Of a DNA stretch of 64,000 bases, positions 1 to 10,501 are shown in pieces. Source of the DNA: Histomonas meleagridis 2922-C6/04-290x (taxonomy: Eukaryota; Protista; Parabasalia); contig JAANOX010000246.1 of NCBI GenBank assembly GCA_020184695.1, positions 134,597-198,596 on the forward strand, given 5' to 3'. A program made the translations under genes and the position numbers. Position 1 is the first letter of the stretch. Every line of letters begins with the position of its first letter. The notes under the pieces are model-generated. The model saw nothing but the letters and a program-made list of their open reading frames with translations. It was not told the DNA's origin and did no database searches.

Positions 1-208
1 TTCATGATATTGATGAAGAAATAGAAGAATATCTTAATAATGACAATAATGAAACATCGAATAATAATTGTTTAATTTATTAAATAAAAAAATTGTTTTG
101 TTGATTATTTTCCTTATTCTTTTTAAATTAATTTGTTCAAAAAAATATTTAAAATGTTTTTATATGATTTTATTCATTTATTTATATATAATATATTTAT
201 TTATTTGT

Positions 209-1032
209 TTATTCTTCTTGTAAATATTCAACTGTTTGAATTTCGATAGAGAATGGAAATTCGTCACCATACAAAATCATTTCTGTTCCTCCTCCAATGC
301 CTTTCATCGTAAGTTTCTTGCCTAAAAAAATGATGAAACAACATCTTTCATATCCCAAATGCTAATGATGCAATACGATTCTTCTCCAAGACTCATCAGA
401 AATTCTTCTATTTCTGAAACATTAAGAAATCCTTTGATGATAATTTTAGAAAGATTTGATGTTATAGTTATAAATTCCTTATAAAAACTTTCCTCAAGGT
501 TAGAAATAAACTCTTTGATTTCTTCTTGTTTAATGTTTTTCTTTTCAAAGATTTCAAAAATATTAAAATTAAAATTAGAAATATTTTTCCATCCTTCAAT
601 GTTCGGTGTGGAAATTTCTAGTTTTTCAATATATTTCTCATAAATATTTAAATTATTACTATAAAGAATCCCTTCGATATTTTCAACAATTTGAAGACGT
701 TGAATGCGTTCGCGTTCTGTCGCTTGAATGGAAATTAAATATTTGTCTTCATATTTTTGACCTTGAAGACCAAAACGTTGATATGTACTTTGATTTATTA
801 AAAAAAGAATATTTCCTTTATAAATATATAATCCATTCCCATTATGAATAGGTGTTAATGAAACAAAAATAATGTTTCCTTCAATAATATCATTTAATAC
901 ATTTTCATTATTCGTGATAATTTCAAGACAATGAATAAATGGATGTTTTTGAAGAATACTTTTCAAATGTTCTTTTTGATTCATTGATGATCGAATTTCT
1001 CGAAATGATTGACTTTTAATACTTGGGATCAT
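209..1032 (-). CDS. RNase P/MRP subunit Rpp40-like protein, with an apparent 1-nt frameshift near the C-terminus
   Basis: ORF 322-1032 contains LINQSTYQRFGLQGQK, resembling the Rpp40 motif. It stops at TAG right after a T7 run (324-330). Adding one T continues the frame as LGKKLTMKGIGGGTEMILYGDEFPFSIETVEYLQEE to a TAA at 209-211. Confidence 0.55.
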
Positions 1033-1102
1033 TTAGAAAAAAAAAAAATGATTAAATGACCGTTTAACAAAATAATTAAAAATTAAAAATTTCTTTTTTA
1101 TT

Positions 1103-2014
1103 ATGAATTATACACCTTATTTAATCTCAGCAGGATTAGATTTAAGTATTACATTTACAAGTATTTTTGAATGGGAAGAAGACCCAAATATTCGTCCAGT
1201 CACAATTCTTAATTCACAAGTTAATCGAATTTTAGTTCATGAAGATAAGAAATTTTTAACAGCCACAAATCCTTAAGTTAATTTACACAATATTATTAGT
1301 AATGAAAAATTTGTTCAATTTACAGGACATACAGGAAATGTTACAGATTTAGTTTTTTTAGGAAATAATTTTTATTCATGTAGTGAAGATCGAACATTTA
1401 AATTTTGGGATCCATTACAAAGCAATCGACCACAACATTCAATTAGCACTGAAACATCACTTAATAATATTTTACTTCATCCTAATGAAAATTATCTTTT
1501 TTTAAGTGATGAAAAAGGATTTATTGAAATGTACGACAATCGGAATTATCAATTAATAAATAAATATCAAGTTCGACAATGTCCAATTCGAAGTCTTTCC
1601 ATGACGCGAAATGGGAATAAATTTTTTTAGTTGGACTTCAAAATGGAGAAATTTCTGTTTTTGAATTTTTGATTCAGAATTGAATGAATTTCGCCAAGAA
1701 ATTAATTTTTCAAGCGCATCAAGATGTAATTCTTCGAAGTAAGATTTCACCAGATGAAAAATATTTTGTTACAACATCAGCAGATTCAACATCGAAAATT
1801 TATGATTTTATAAATTATAAAGAAAAATTTCATCTTGAAGATCCCCGTCAAATGAAATGGATTTGGGATGTTGCCATTACCAAAGACAGCAAATATATTA
1901 TCACAGGAGGCACATAATTATCGAACGTGGGAAGCAGAGACAGGGAAAAAAATATATTCGAATGGTAGTTCACATAAAAAAGGTATTCTTTCGCTTGCAC
2001 TCTTTGAATATTAA
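1103..2014 (+). pseudogene. LST8: Disrupted LST8/GbetaL WD40 protein (TOR complex subunit)
   Basis: Manual translation gives MNYTPYLISAGLD..NSQVNRI..GHTGNVTD..SCSEDRTFKFWD..LHPNENYLFLSDEKG..AHQDVILRSKISPDEKYFVTTSADSTSKIYD..KWIWDVAITKDSKYIITGG..HKKGILSLA, colinear with LST8. There is an in-frame TAA at 1274-1276, a frameshift at the T run near 1622-1628, a TGA or compensating shifts near 1670-1710, and a small deletion near 1915. Confidence 0.75.
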
Positions 2015-2178
2015 AATATTTATATATATATGAGTAAAAATATTTTTGTTGGATTATATTTATATATTTTTACTATAAATAACACTAAAAAAATTTCAAA
2101 TTTCATTTTAAGTCGCACGTTAAGTAAATAACGTTCTCATTCCACATAACTTTTATTTCATAATTGAACACATCAATA

Positions 2179-2796
2179 ATGAATGATCCTCTTCAACGAC
2201 TTTCAGAACTTTCAAGACTTGCATCGCCATCGCATCGAAATTTTCATAAAAAAATCAAAGAAGAAGAAAATGCACCAATATTTCGTTGTCCGTGTGGTCA
2301 ACCAACGAATTCAGATGAAATGATTTTTTGTTCAGTTTGTCATTGTCAATTTCATATTGAATGTATTGAGGATGAAACTGATAATCCGACGTGGGTTTGT
2401 CCATATTGTTTACAAGAATCATCACAAGCACTTTTAAACAAAGGGATTGATTTATCAATATTAAGTCAAGAAATAGGGAATAACAAAATGACGCAAGTTA
2501 TTGCTAATTCATATCAAGATAGCGCCAACATCAGCGAATTATTCGAAAAATCATCAGCATGGGTTTCGGCGATTATTTCACGCGATGATGTTTATTTCAA
2601 TCTTGAAGACATTGTCCGAAGTAGTGTTGATGAAGAAGGCGGAATGCAACTCCTTTCAGAACTTTCAGAAGAACGAAATTTGTTGAAAGATCTTTCCAAC
2701 ATTCTTCAAGAACTTTCTGAAGAGACGAAAGAAATGAACACGCCAATTCTAGGCTATTTGTCGGAACAAATTGATATGTATCATCAACCTAAATAA
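2179..2796 (+). CDS. PHD-finger protein
   Basis: C4HC3 pattern CPCGQ..MIFCSVCHCQFHIECI..WVCPYC followed by a helical region. The first ATG is at 2179; the track starts at a TTG at 2164. Confidence 0.8.
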   Translation: MNDPLQRLSELSRLASPSHRNFHKKIKEEENAPIFRCPCGQPTNSDEMIFCSVCHCQFHIECIEDETDNPTWVCPYCLQESSQALLNKGIDLSILSQEIGNNKMTQVIANSYQDSANISELFEKSSAWVSAIISRDDVYFNLEDIVRSSVDEEGGMQLLSELSEERNLLKDLSNILQELSEETKEMNTPILGYLSEQIDMYHQPK

Positions 2797-5614
2797 ATGT
2801 TTCTTTATGTTTTTTTAATATAATTTTTAAAACATTTATTTTATATATCATATAATACACAAGTATAGAGTTGGGAAGAATGTTGTGCAATTATTGTTTT
2901 TAAGTGGGTTATTTTTGAAGTTTATAGATAAGTGGAATGTTTATGATACCATTTTCACGAGAAGATCAGAAATTATTTGTGGACTTAATGGCAAACTATA
3001 AGTTTGGATAATATCCTTGGTTTAAATTGCAATATAACATCAACTGGAATGCTTGCTAACATTAAATAAGAAAAAACCTAAATGGTTGCTTTATTAATTT
3101 TTAAGGATTTGGATCCTTTTAATATTGGGCTGAAACGTATGGGACTAATTTTTGGAATTCATCATCATTATCATAAAAATATTTATACACTTTCTCCATT
3201 ACTTCCTATAAAAATTAAAATTACCCAAAAATAGCTTATGTTCTTTCTTTCTCGGAAACATATCTTCGACTTGGTAAATTTTTTTTTACACCATATTTAC
3301 TTTCCATTGTTTTTTAATGAAGTGATTGTGCACTCCCATCACAATTGCCCACAAATTCAAGAGTTTACAATAAACATCGTTCGAAAAGCGTGCGCGTGTA
3401 CGTGTAGCCGATGCCCATTTGAAAAAAGTATTTCGTAACGATTCACAGCGTGGGCAGAAAATTTTTTTATACTCATTTCAAAAACGTACACACAAAGACC
3501 AATGTTATGAAAAAAATACTCGAGAAAATATTATTCAACGAATGTAATAAGTTATTAACTCGAAGCAAATCTGATCGTTGTTCTTGAACTTATTATTTTG
3601 GTAATTTACTTTTGAAATAATAAAAAAACAATATTCAAGTTTAAGGTGAAACATGATATAGGGAAAAAAATGGCCATCGCGAAGCGCTAGCGGATGAAAT
3701 ATCAAAAACATAAAAATACGAAGTGTGAAACAAAAAAATCATAATTTATAAAAACATCATTCTTTTTTATTAAAGGTACACATCATATTAATAATTATTT
3801 TAAAATTGTAATCACTGTAATTTTGTCTATATATGTTTTTTGGAAGCCTACTTTCCATTTTATATAATATACAAGTATCCCCGAAGTACAATAGTACTTA
3901 AATTAGTTTTTAAATATAAAAAAAAAAAAAAAAATAAAAAGATAATAAATAATTTTCATATGAAATTTTATTCAAAAGCTATTCATAAAAAATTTAGTAT
4001 AATTATGATATTATAATTTTATGATAGTTTATACTACTTATTTTTATATTTTTTCGATTCTAAATCTCTAAATTGAATGATATTGTTTTTTAGAATAATG
4101 AGAATATACAAAATTCAACAAAATCCAAAATATTATTTAGAAGAATTTAAAAATTAATAAAGATATAAAAGCAAAACCAATAATTTATAAAAGTATGGAT
4201 CTATTTTTTGCCGAAGGCAAAAAATAAATCTCAGGTGAGAAATAGATAATTTTTTTTTCCTCAATCAGTTGATATCAATTTACATGTTCAAGCGGTTCAA
4301 AGTCAAATTTGAATGAGTAAACGAATAAAAATCACTCAATCAGCTCGTATCGTTCTCAAAAACAATTTAAGAATATAGCTAGCTCAAGAAATGCTGTATT
4401 GACTCATATTCGGAGAAATAGAGAAATTAACATCATTACATAAAATGTCAAATAAGTTGAAAAAAATGTAATATATTCAAAATTTGATAGCACATGAGTA
4501 ATATGAGATAAAAGGAATTGATAAATGTATCTCAAGTCAGTATTTTGAAGATTATTTGCAAATTAGATTTGTGTAGATATTTATTCAATAAAATTGAACA
4601 TTTTGCTAAAATACAAAAATTAAAAATTAAAAAAAAAAATACATCAAATGAATTCGATGATCAAGAATCGTTTTTTTATCATGTATCGTTTGTACCAAGA
4701 TATTTCAAGAATATGTTGTACTTACACAGAAACTATTTTTGTTGATTATAATAAATTATTAATCAGGTTAAATAAGTAAATCATTAAGGTATTACGAAAA
4801 TTATCGTATCATTCATTTTTTCCATTAAATTCATAAATTCAAGAAAATCAATATTTCATATAATTATTTGGAATGAATAACAAATCACGCTATTGTAAAT
4901 AAATTTCATCAATTTTATTTCTTAACAAACCAAGGATCATTTGATTTGGATACCATTATCATCACAATGATAGAAAGAAATAAAGCATAGAAATTAAAGA
5001 CACTTTTCGGATATGAATAACGTGTTTTTTGAAATAAGGGTAAAAATTTGATAATATTTACCATCATTCAAATTCGCTTCTATCGGCACCTATCGTTCCC
5101 TCTATCGTTCAACATAAACCATACAAAAGTCAATTTTTGTCACTTTTTGGAATGAAAGAATAAATTTATCTCGTGCTAATCATGATATTATTCTTAGATT
5201 TATATTAATCATAGATGCAACTATGTATATATATTATATATTCATGATATCAAGATCGTAGGATGATCGTTATATACGGGTTGCAGAAATCGAAAGTCAA
5301 TATTATACACATGTATTAATAGATTCAGAAATGAATTTTTCTATTTTCTGTAATTTAATTTTTTGAATTTTATTTAAGTTTAATTAGATATTTTTTCTAT
5401 TTTTCCATATGAAACTTTAAATCAAATATAAAAATAACATATGTTTTAACAAAAACATTTGTTTTCAGACTTTGAGGTTGTTTAACAATTGAAATTGAAA
5501 TGAAAATTCATTTGTTTAGTTATATATTCGAATTTGGCAAAAAAAAACATTAACATTAATATTAAAATGATTTAAATAATATTTATATTTATATTCATTA
5601 ATAAAAAATACATT

Positions 5615-6114
5615 TCATCGTTTTGATGTTTGTTCTGTGAGAACTGATATTTTCGATTCGTATTTCTTATTCTTAATCACTTTCAAGATTTTCTTACGAT
5701 ATTTTTCCCACGTTTGTTCATTAAAGCCATAATTAAACCAATCTGAAATGTCTGCATCGGGCGCTGTCCATGGCTTCGCTTCAACTGTGTTCGGTAATGA
5801 TGATAAATCATAACTAAAGATGGACTTCGTAGGATCAGAAGGATGAACTCCCATCGGATTAACAAGTTCCCATGGAATACGATTACCGCTAGAAAAGATT
5901 TCCGTGGGCGTAATCATGGCTGCGTAGTTACCTGTCGGCGTGTAATGTGCTTGCGTAGAATAACGACGTTTAGCTGCTTCAACTGCTGCTGTTTGTGTAA
6001 TGTTCTCATCTAAAGATACTTTAATGTCATCATCATCATCACTACCTTCAATTTCATCGTCATCATAATCATCTTCATCGTCTTCATAATTATTATTTCA
6101 CTATATTCAACCAT
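5615..6114 (-). CDS. FIP1: Fip1 (CPSF/polyadenylation factor subunit), with an apparent 1-nt frameshift near the N-terminus
   Basis: Fip1 motif KPWTAPDADISDWFNYGFNEQTWEKY. The same frame stays open upstream through an acidic tract (YEDDEDDYDDDEIEGSDDDDDIKV). An ATG at 6114 joins it if one A is added near 6097. Confidence 0.8.
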
Positions 6115-6194
6115 TATTCTTATTAAAATTCAATGTTAAAAAAGAAGGGAAAAAAATCAAAAGCTATTTATTTATTCAAAAAAATTAGTATCGT

Positions 6195-6470
6195 TTAATC
6201 TTTCTTCTTTTGAAGAACTATCTTGAGTTGAATTGACTTTGGATCTTCTTTAACGCCATTATTCTCTAAAAGCCCTTTGACAATAAATGCTGGAAGATCG
6301 ATATTATATACTTTTGAATGGTAACTTATAACTTGTTTCTTTTTTTGTTCTTGTTTGTCTTTCTTATCTTTCTTATATTTTTTATCTTTCTTGTCTTCCC
6401 TTGTGTCTTCTTTTTCTTTCCTATACTTTTTGCTTTCGTCTCTTCTCTCTCTTCTAACTCTTCCACTCAT
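6195..6470 (-). CDS. Small Lys/Arg/Asp-rich hypothetical protein
   Basis: 91-aa ATG-started ORF with an M3-like element (taacggtc, 6479-6486) just upstream. No recognised domain. Confidence 0.5.
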   Translation of the reverse strand: MSGRVRRERRDESKKYRKEKEDTREDKKDKKYKKDKKDKQEQKKKQVISYHSKVYNIDLPAFIVKGLLENNGVKEDPKSIQLKIVLQKKKD

Positions 6471-6900
6471 TTTTGTTTTAACGGTCTACAAATCCCATTT
6501 TTTCTTTTTTCTCTCAAAGATGGAAATAATTTTATATTAGTAAGCATATCTATATTCACTTTCACTTTGCTATAGTAGAAATTGATATGAATAAGGTTTT
6601 CAACAGATTAATTAGAGCTAATTTATAAATTTGAAAAACAAAAGTATAAAAGCTGAATTAAGTCTGCCACCTAAAGTATAGCTTTAACGCGATTGTAACA
6701 ATCTATAAGTTACAAAAAAAAATTCATTTTTTACTTTTTTGGGCGGATTTTTGATATTACCACAGACCAAACCCCATTCAAACAAACAACTTTTTGATGA
6801 GTTGGCAGATTGCTTTCTGTGCAAACCATTTACGATAGAACATGTAAAAAACAACCACTGGCCTTTTTATTCAATTTGTTTCGGTAACCGTTGAGCAAAG

Positions 6901-8055
6901 ATGGGATCGGGAGCAAGCTATCCAACAACCCAATTTGTTCATCCATTTTCTAATGAAATGTACACTCCGTTTGGAGCATCAAGAATGGATTCTGAAAAGC
7001 TAAATTCAGATAATACCCTTCAACAATACAATGTTAATCTTATTGACACACCCTTTGCTGGTATCTGGTCAGTTAAAGTTCCAGATTCTATAGCACCTAG
7101 ACCTCGATCTGGTCATTTTACGTATTATGATGAACCAAATCATACCGTTTACATCGGATATGGATCATTTAATTCGCAACTCTTCAATGATTTATGGGCT
7201 TTTGATACACTAAACGATACTTGGAGGAAAATACCTCTTACAGGAGATGAAATTTCATGTAGAAGTGGAACAAGAGCAAGTTTTTATTCTAATCATCTTA
7301 TTTTGTTCGGTGGGTATTGCGAACCAGATTATTTTGGTGACCTCCACACCATTGATGTTAACACTGGTGAACGACGTCTTCTTGCAACCAATGGAATTCC
7401 ACCCTCACCAAGATCATCACCAATTGTCGCCGTTTATAAAAACAAACTATTTGTTTGGGGTGGGTTTAATCAAGAATGGCCATCTGAGCTTAATATTCTG
7501 GATTTAGACACATTAACATGGACAAATATTGATCAGCTTATCCACGGAAGGACAGCAGTTCCGTGGGTTTTGGATGGCAATATCCTTTATAGCTTTGGTG
7601 GGTCCAAGGTAGGGACAATGTTTTGTTTGGACATGGAAACAAATGAAATTACCATGAAACAAACGACGGGAAGTGCTCCAACAAGCTCAATCATGGGCGC
7701 TGGCATGGTTAGGGTTGAACACTATGTTTTCTTCTTTGGTGGAAGATCGAATAACAATCAATATACTCTTGTATATGCATGCGATCTGAATAAAATGTGG
7801 TGGTTTGTATTCCACATTATGCCAGATGGCAAAACAGTGTCAATACAGGATGGTGTAATCAGCCAAAAGTCTGGAAGGTTTATGTTACCAAGGATACACT
7901 CTTTCAGCGTCTGCTACATCAAAGAAAAGAGAGAAATTCTATCGTTTTTGGGATACCCCGAAAATGACCCACCTCAACTTAATGTTATCAATATTGCGGA
8001 GTCTATGAGCTTCATACATTTAAGAGAGGACATGGTTTCTGTTTTAAATTATTGA
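6901..8055 (+). CDS. Kelch-repeat protein, probably N-myristoylated
   Basis: Repeated GG-containing kelch units (PRPRSGH, ILFGGY, PSPRSSP..FVWGG, FFFGG) and an MGSGAS N-terminus. Confidence 0.85.
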   Translation: MGSGASYPTTQFVHPFSNEMYTPFGASRMDSEKLNSDNTLQQYNVNLIDTPFAGIWSVKVPDSIAPRPRSGHFTYYDEPNHTVYIGYGSFNSQLFNDLWAFDTLNDTWRKIPLTGDEISCRSGTRASFYSNHLILFGGYCEPDYFGDLHTIDVNTGERRLLATNGIPPSPRSSPIVAVYKNKLFVWGGFNQEWPSELNILDLDTLTWTNIDQLIHGRTAVPWVLDGNILYSFGGSKVGTMFCLDMETNEITMKQTTGSAPTSSIMGAGMVRVEHYVFFFGGRSNNNQYTLVYACDLNKMWWFVFHIMPDGKTVSIQDGVISQKSGRFMLPRIHSFSVCYIKEKREILSFLGYPENDPPQLNVINIAESMSFIHLREDMVSVLNY

Positions 8056-8157
8056 TTTGACGTTTTTTATTTTTGAAAATTTATATTTTCGGGTTAACTA
8101 AAAAAATATTTACAAAATTTAAATTTAAAAGTGGAGTTTTAAGAATTAAAAAACAAT

Positions 8158-9520
8158 TTATTCATTGTCAGAGTCGGTGGTAATTAATTTTAAAAGCTCA
8201 TTTGCACATTCAGCAAGATCATCATTTTCAGAAAGACAATCATTATTTAATGTTTCCATGAACTCAACTTCCATGGCTTTTTCTAAAATGAAATTCGCTT
8301 GTTCTTCTTCATCGATTCTGTATAACAAAATTGAGATTAATTGATATAATATTTTTTTGTTTATGTGATCGAGTGAACCTAACATATCGAATAAAGATTC
8401 GCCAAACTCAGGTGAAAAAAATATTGGTTCTGCATATTGATAAATTGCACAAAATAATTGCAATAAAACCGTCTTGATTCGAACAGACCCATTCAAAAAT
8501 AACTGAATGAAATCAAAAGATGAGAAAATTTGTGGAAAAGAATTTGTACCATTCGTATATGCTGTGATGATTTGAATCATCTCGTGTTGGATATCTTCAT
8601 TAGATTCTTGGAGTTTGCTGCATATGGTATTTAGTAATCCATGGACTTCAACTTGAGGTGCAATTTCATCTGGTGAGATTATTAAAGAAAGTTTTAGAAC
8701 ATCTAGAGAAATGATAGAAGCTTTTTTTGAAAAAACTAGTTGAATTAGTGATGGGCAAAGATTATTTGTAATAATCAAATGAATAATGTGGTGTTTAAAA
8801 TGCTTGATCGTAAGAAAGTGATAAAAAGAATATAAAGGGTATTTAAGCAATGATGGGTTTGGGTTGGTTTGAATTTGAAAGGAAAAAAAATTAAGAATAT
8901 TTAACAAAACATCAATGTCTATGGAATCAGATACTGAAATAATATACAATAGGCGGAAGTAATTTGAGTCGGCTTGGCCATGATGTAACAACCAACCAAC
9001 AAAATTGGATTGAACTGCATATTGAATGGAAAGTTTCACATCACAGCAAATATTACATAACATACAAAAAAGAAGCTTCAATGAAAAACTTTCGAAATTA
9101 TCAATTCCTTGAAGAATGTAATTAAAAAATTGTTCCGAACCAATGTAACTTGAGAACTTGTTTGTTGTTTCCGTAACTGTACCCAGAAAAAATAATGCAT
9201 TATCGCGCGTGTCCATATTTTGAATTAATTCAATAATTTTATCAAAGTTTGATGAAGATAATAAAAATAAGCAATTTTCTGAATCTGCTCCGATAATTTC
9301 TATCATTTTTTCTAAAGAATCATTTTGTATTTGTGAATTATCAGTTTGTAAATTTTCTAAACTCGCTCGAAAAATTTGTATATTAGTTTCTGAATCATTA
9401 CTTGTACCATCATCATAATTAAAACTAGTTCCAAGCTTGACAATTCTTTGCGATCTGTACTTTGCGAATTTTGGGGAAGTTTTGTAGCTTGACTGTATCG
9501 AAGGAATACCTGACAAACAT
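8158..9520 (-). CDS. ARM/HEAT-repeat helical protein (importin-alpha-like architecture)
   Basis: 452-aa Leu/Ile-rich helical ORF with a basic N-terminus. The ATG at 9520 is offset from the frame by one extra T (ATGTTTGTCA versus ATGTTGTCA). Confidence 0.55.
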
Positions 9521-9672
9521 GGTCAATTAAGGCTGTTTTGTGATCATTTAGAACACAAAATATATATCGTTTATTTCGCGGATTTGCAAACAGATACTCT
9601 ATCAAGTACACAGAAAATTTTTTCTATTTTAGCCGTGAATTATATACACATAAAAATATTTACTAAGCATAA

Positions 9673-10449
9673 TCACTCCTCATTAATATTATCAAAAATT
9701 TCATAAGCAGTATATGCATGACTATAGTTATATCCAAGCTTTTTTGCTAATGAGATAGAAGCTATATTATGAGCATCCCAACTTGGGTAAAGATTTCTTT
9801 TTAGACATTCTAAAATTAGTTTTGCACCAACAACGGAAGCAAGGCCTCTACGACGATATTCTTCTTTAGTGTCTATTTCAATCTCAATTCCATGTTTATA
9901 TGTGGAATATGAAGATGCACCAGAAACAATTTCCCCATTGATTGTTATAACAAAACCAATTCCAAGATGTGAATATATTTCATAACTTTCATATTGCGAA
10001 ACTAAATCATGGCTCCATTCATTTGACAAGCATTGACAGAAAAACTTTTCATCAATCATATTTATATCGAATTCTTTTGGTAAAGTATTAACAATTTTGG
10101 ACAATTTTTCTTTACAAAAGATATTTGGTTCTTTTTTTGTTGCATATCTCTCTATTTTTTTAGCTTTATTCCCATAGCATTCTTCAATAATTATTTCCCA
10201 TTCTTTATTCTGTGGTATCATAATCATATAATTTTTGGAATGAGGATTAAAGACTGTTAGTTCGCGATTTGGTTCTCCTGCAAGAAAACAAAAATCACCT
10301 AGAATTGCCATCGCACAAGAAGGATTATCAACATGATCAACATAAATTTCCCCCATGATTCCTTGTATACAAGACCAAATGATTGTTTCTTCCCAATCCT
10401 TGAATAAAGGCTTTGATTTTTTTGTTTCTGTTAGTTTTTGGGGGATCAT
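9673..10449 (-). CDS. GNAT-family acetyltransferase of bacterial (Firmicutes-like) type, 258 aa
   Basis: GEIVSGASSY..GIEIEIDTKEEYRRRGLA..LILECLKRNLYPSWDAHNIASISLAKKLGY carries the acetyl-CoA motif RRRGLA. The true ATG is at 10449; the first 83 codons of the track ORF overlap the neighbouring gene. Confidence 0.9.
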   Translation of the reverse strand: MIPQKLTETKKSKPLFKDWEETIIWSCIQGIMGEIYVDHVDNPSCAMAILGDFCFLAGEPNRELTVFNPHSKNYMIMIPQNKEWEIIIEECYGNKAKKIERYATKKEPNIFCKEKLSKIVNTLPKEFDINMIDEKFFCQCLSNEWSHDLVSQYESYEIYSHLGIGFVITINGEIVSGASSYSTYKHGIEIEIDTKEEYRRRGLASVVGAKLILECLKRNLYPSWDAHNIASISLAKKLGYNYSHAYTAYEIFDNINEE

Positions 10450-10501
10450 TTTATATAAACGGTCTTTCTTGAAACCGTTAAATTTATCGTTATTTTTTAA
10501 A
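10450..10501. promoter_or_regulatory. 52-bp bidirectional core promoter with two opposed Myb-type (M3-like) elements
   Basis: Lies between divergent ATGs at 10449 (-) and 10502 (+). Contains aaacggtc (10457-10464) and aaccgtta (10473-10480). The same core occurs near starts at 1058, 6479, 23919, 31905, 47075, 51640 and 60898, and resembles the T. vaginalis M3 element. Confidence 0.6.

Noticed and set aside
1274-1276. TAA/TAG reassigned to Gln, suggested by the in-frame TAA in LST8
   Set aside because: Many genes end in TAA at homology-expected positions, and the multi-kilobase ORFs use CAA/CAG with no internal TAA/TAG.
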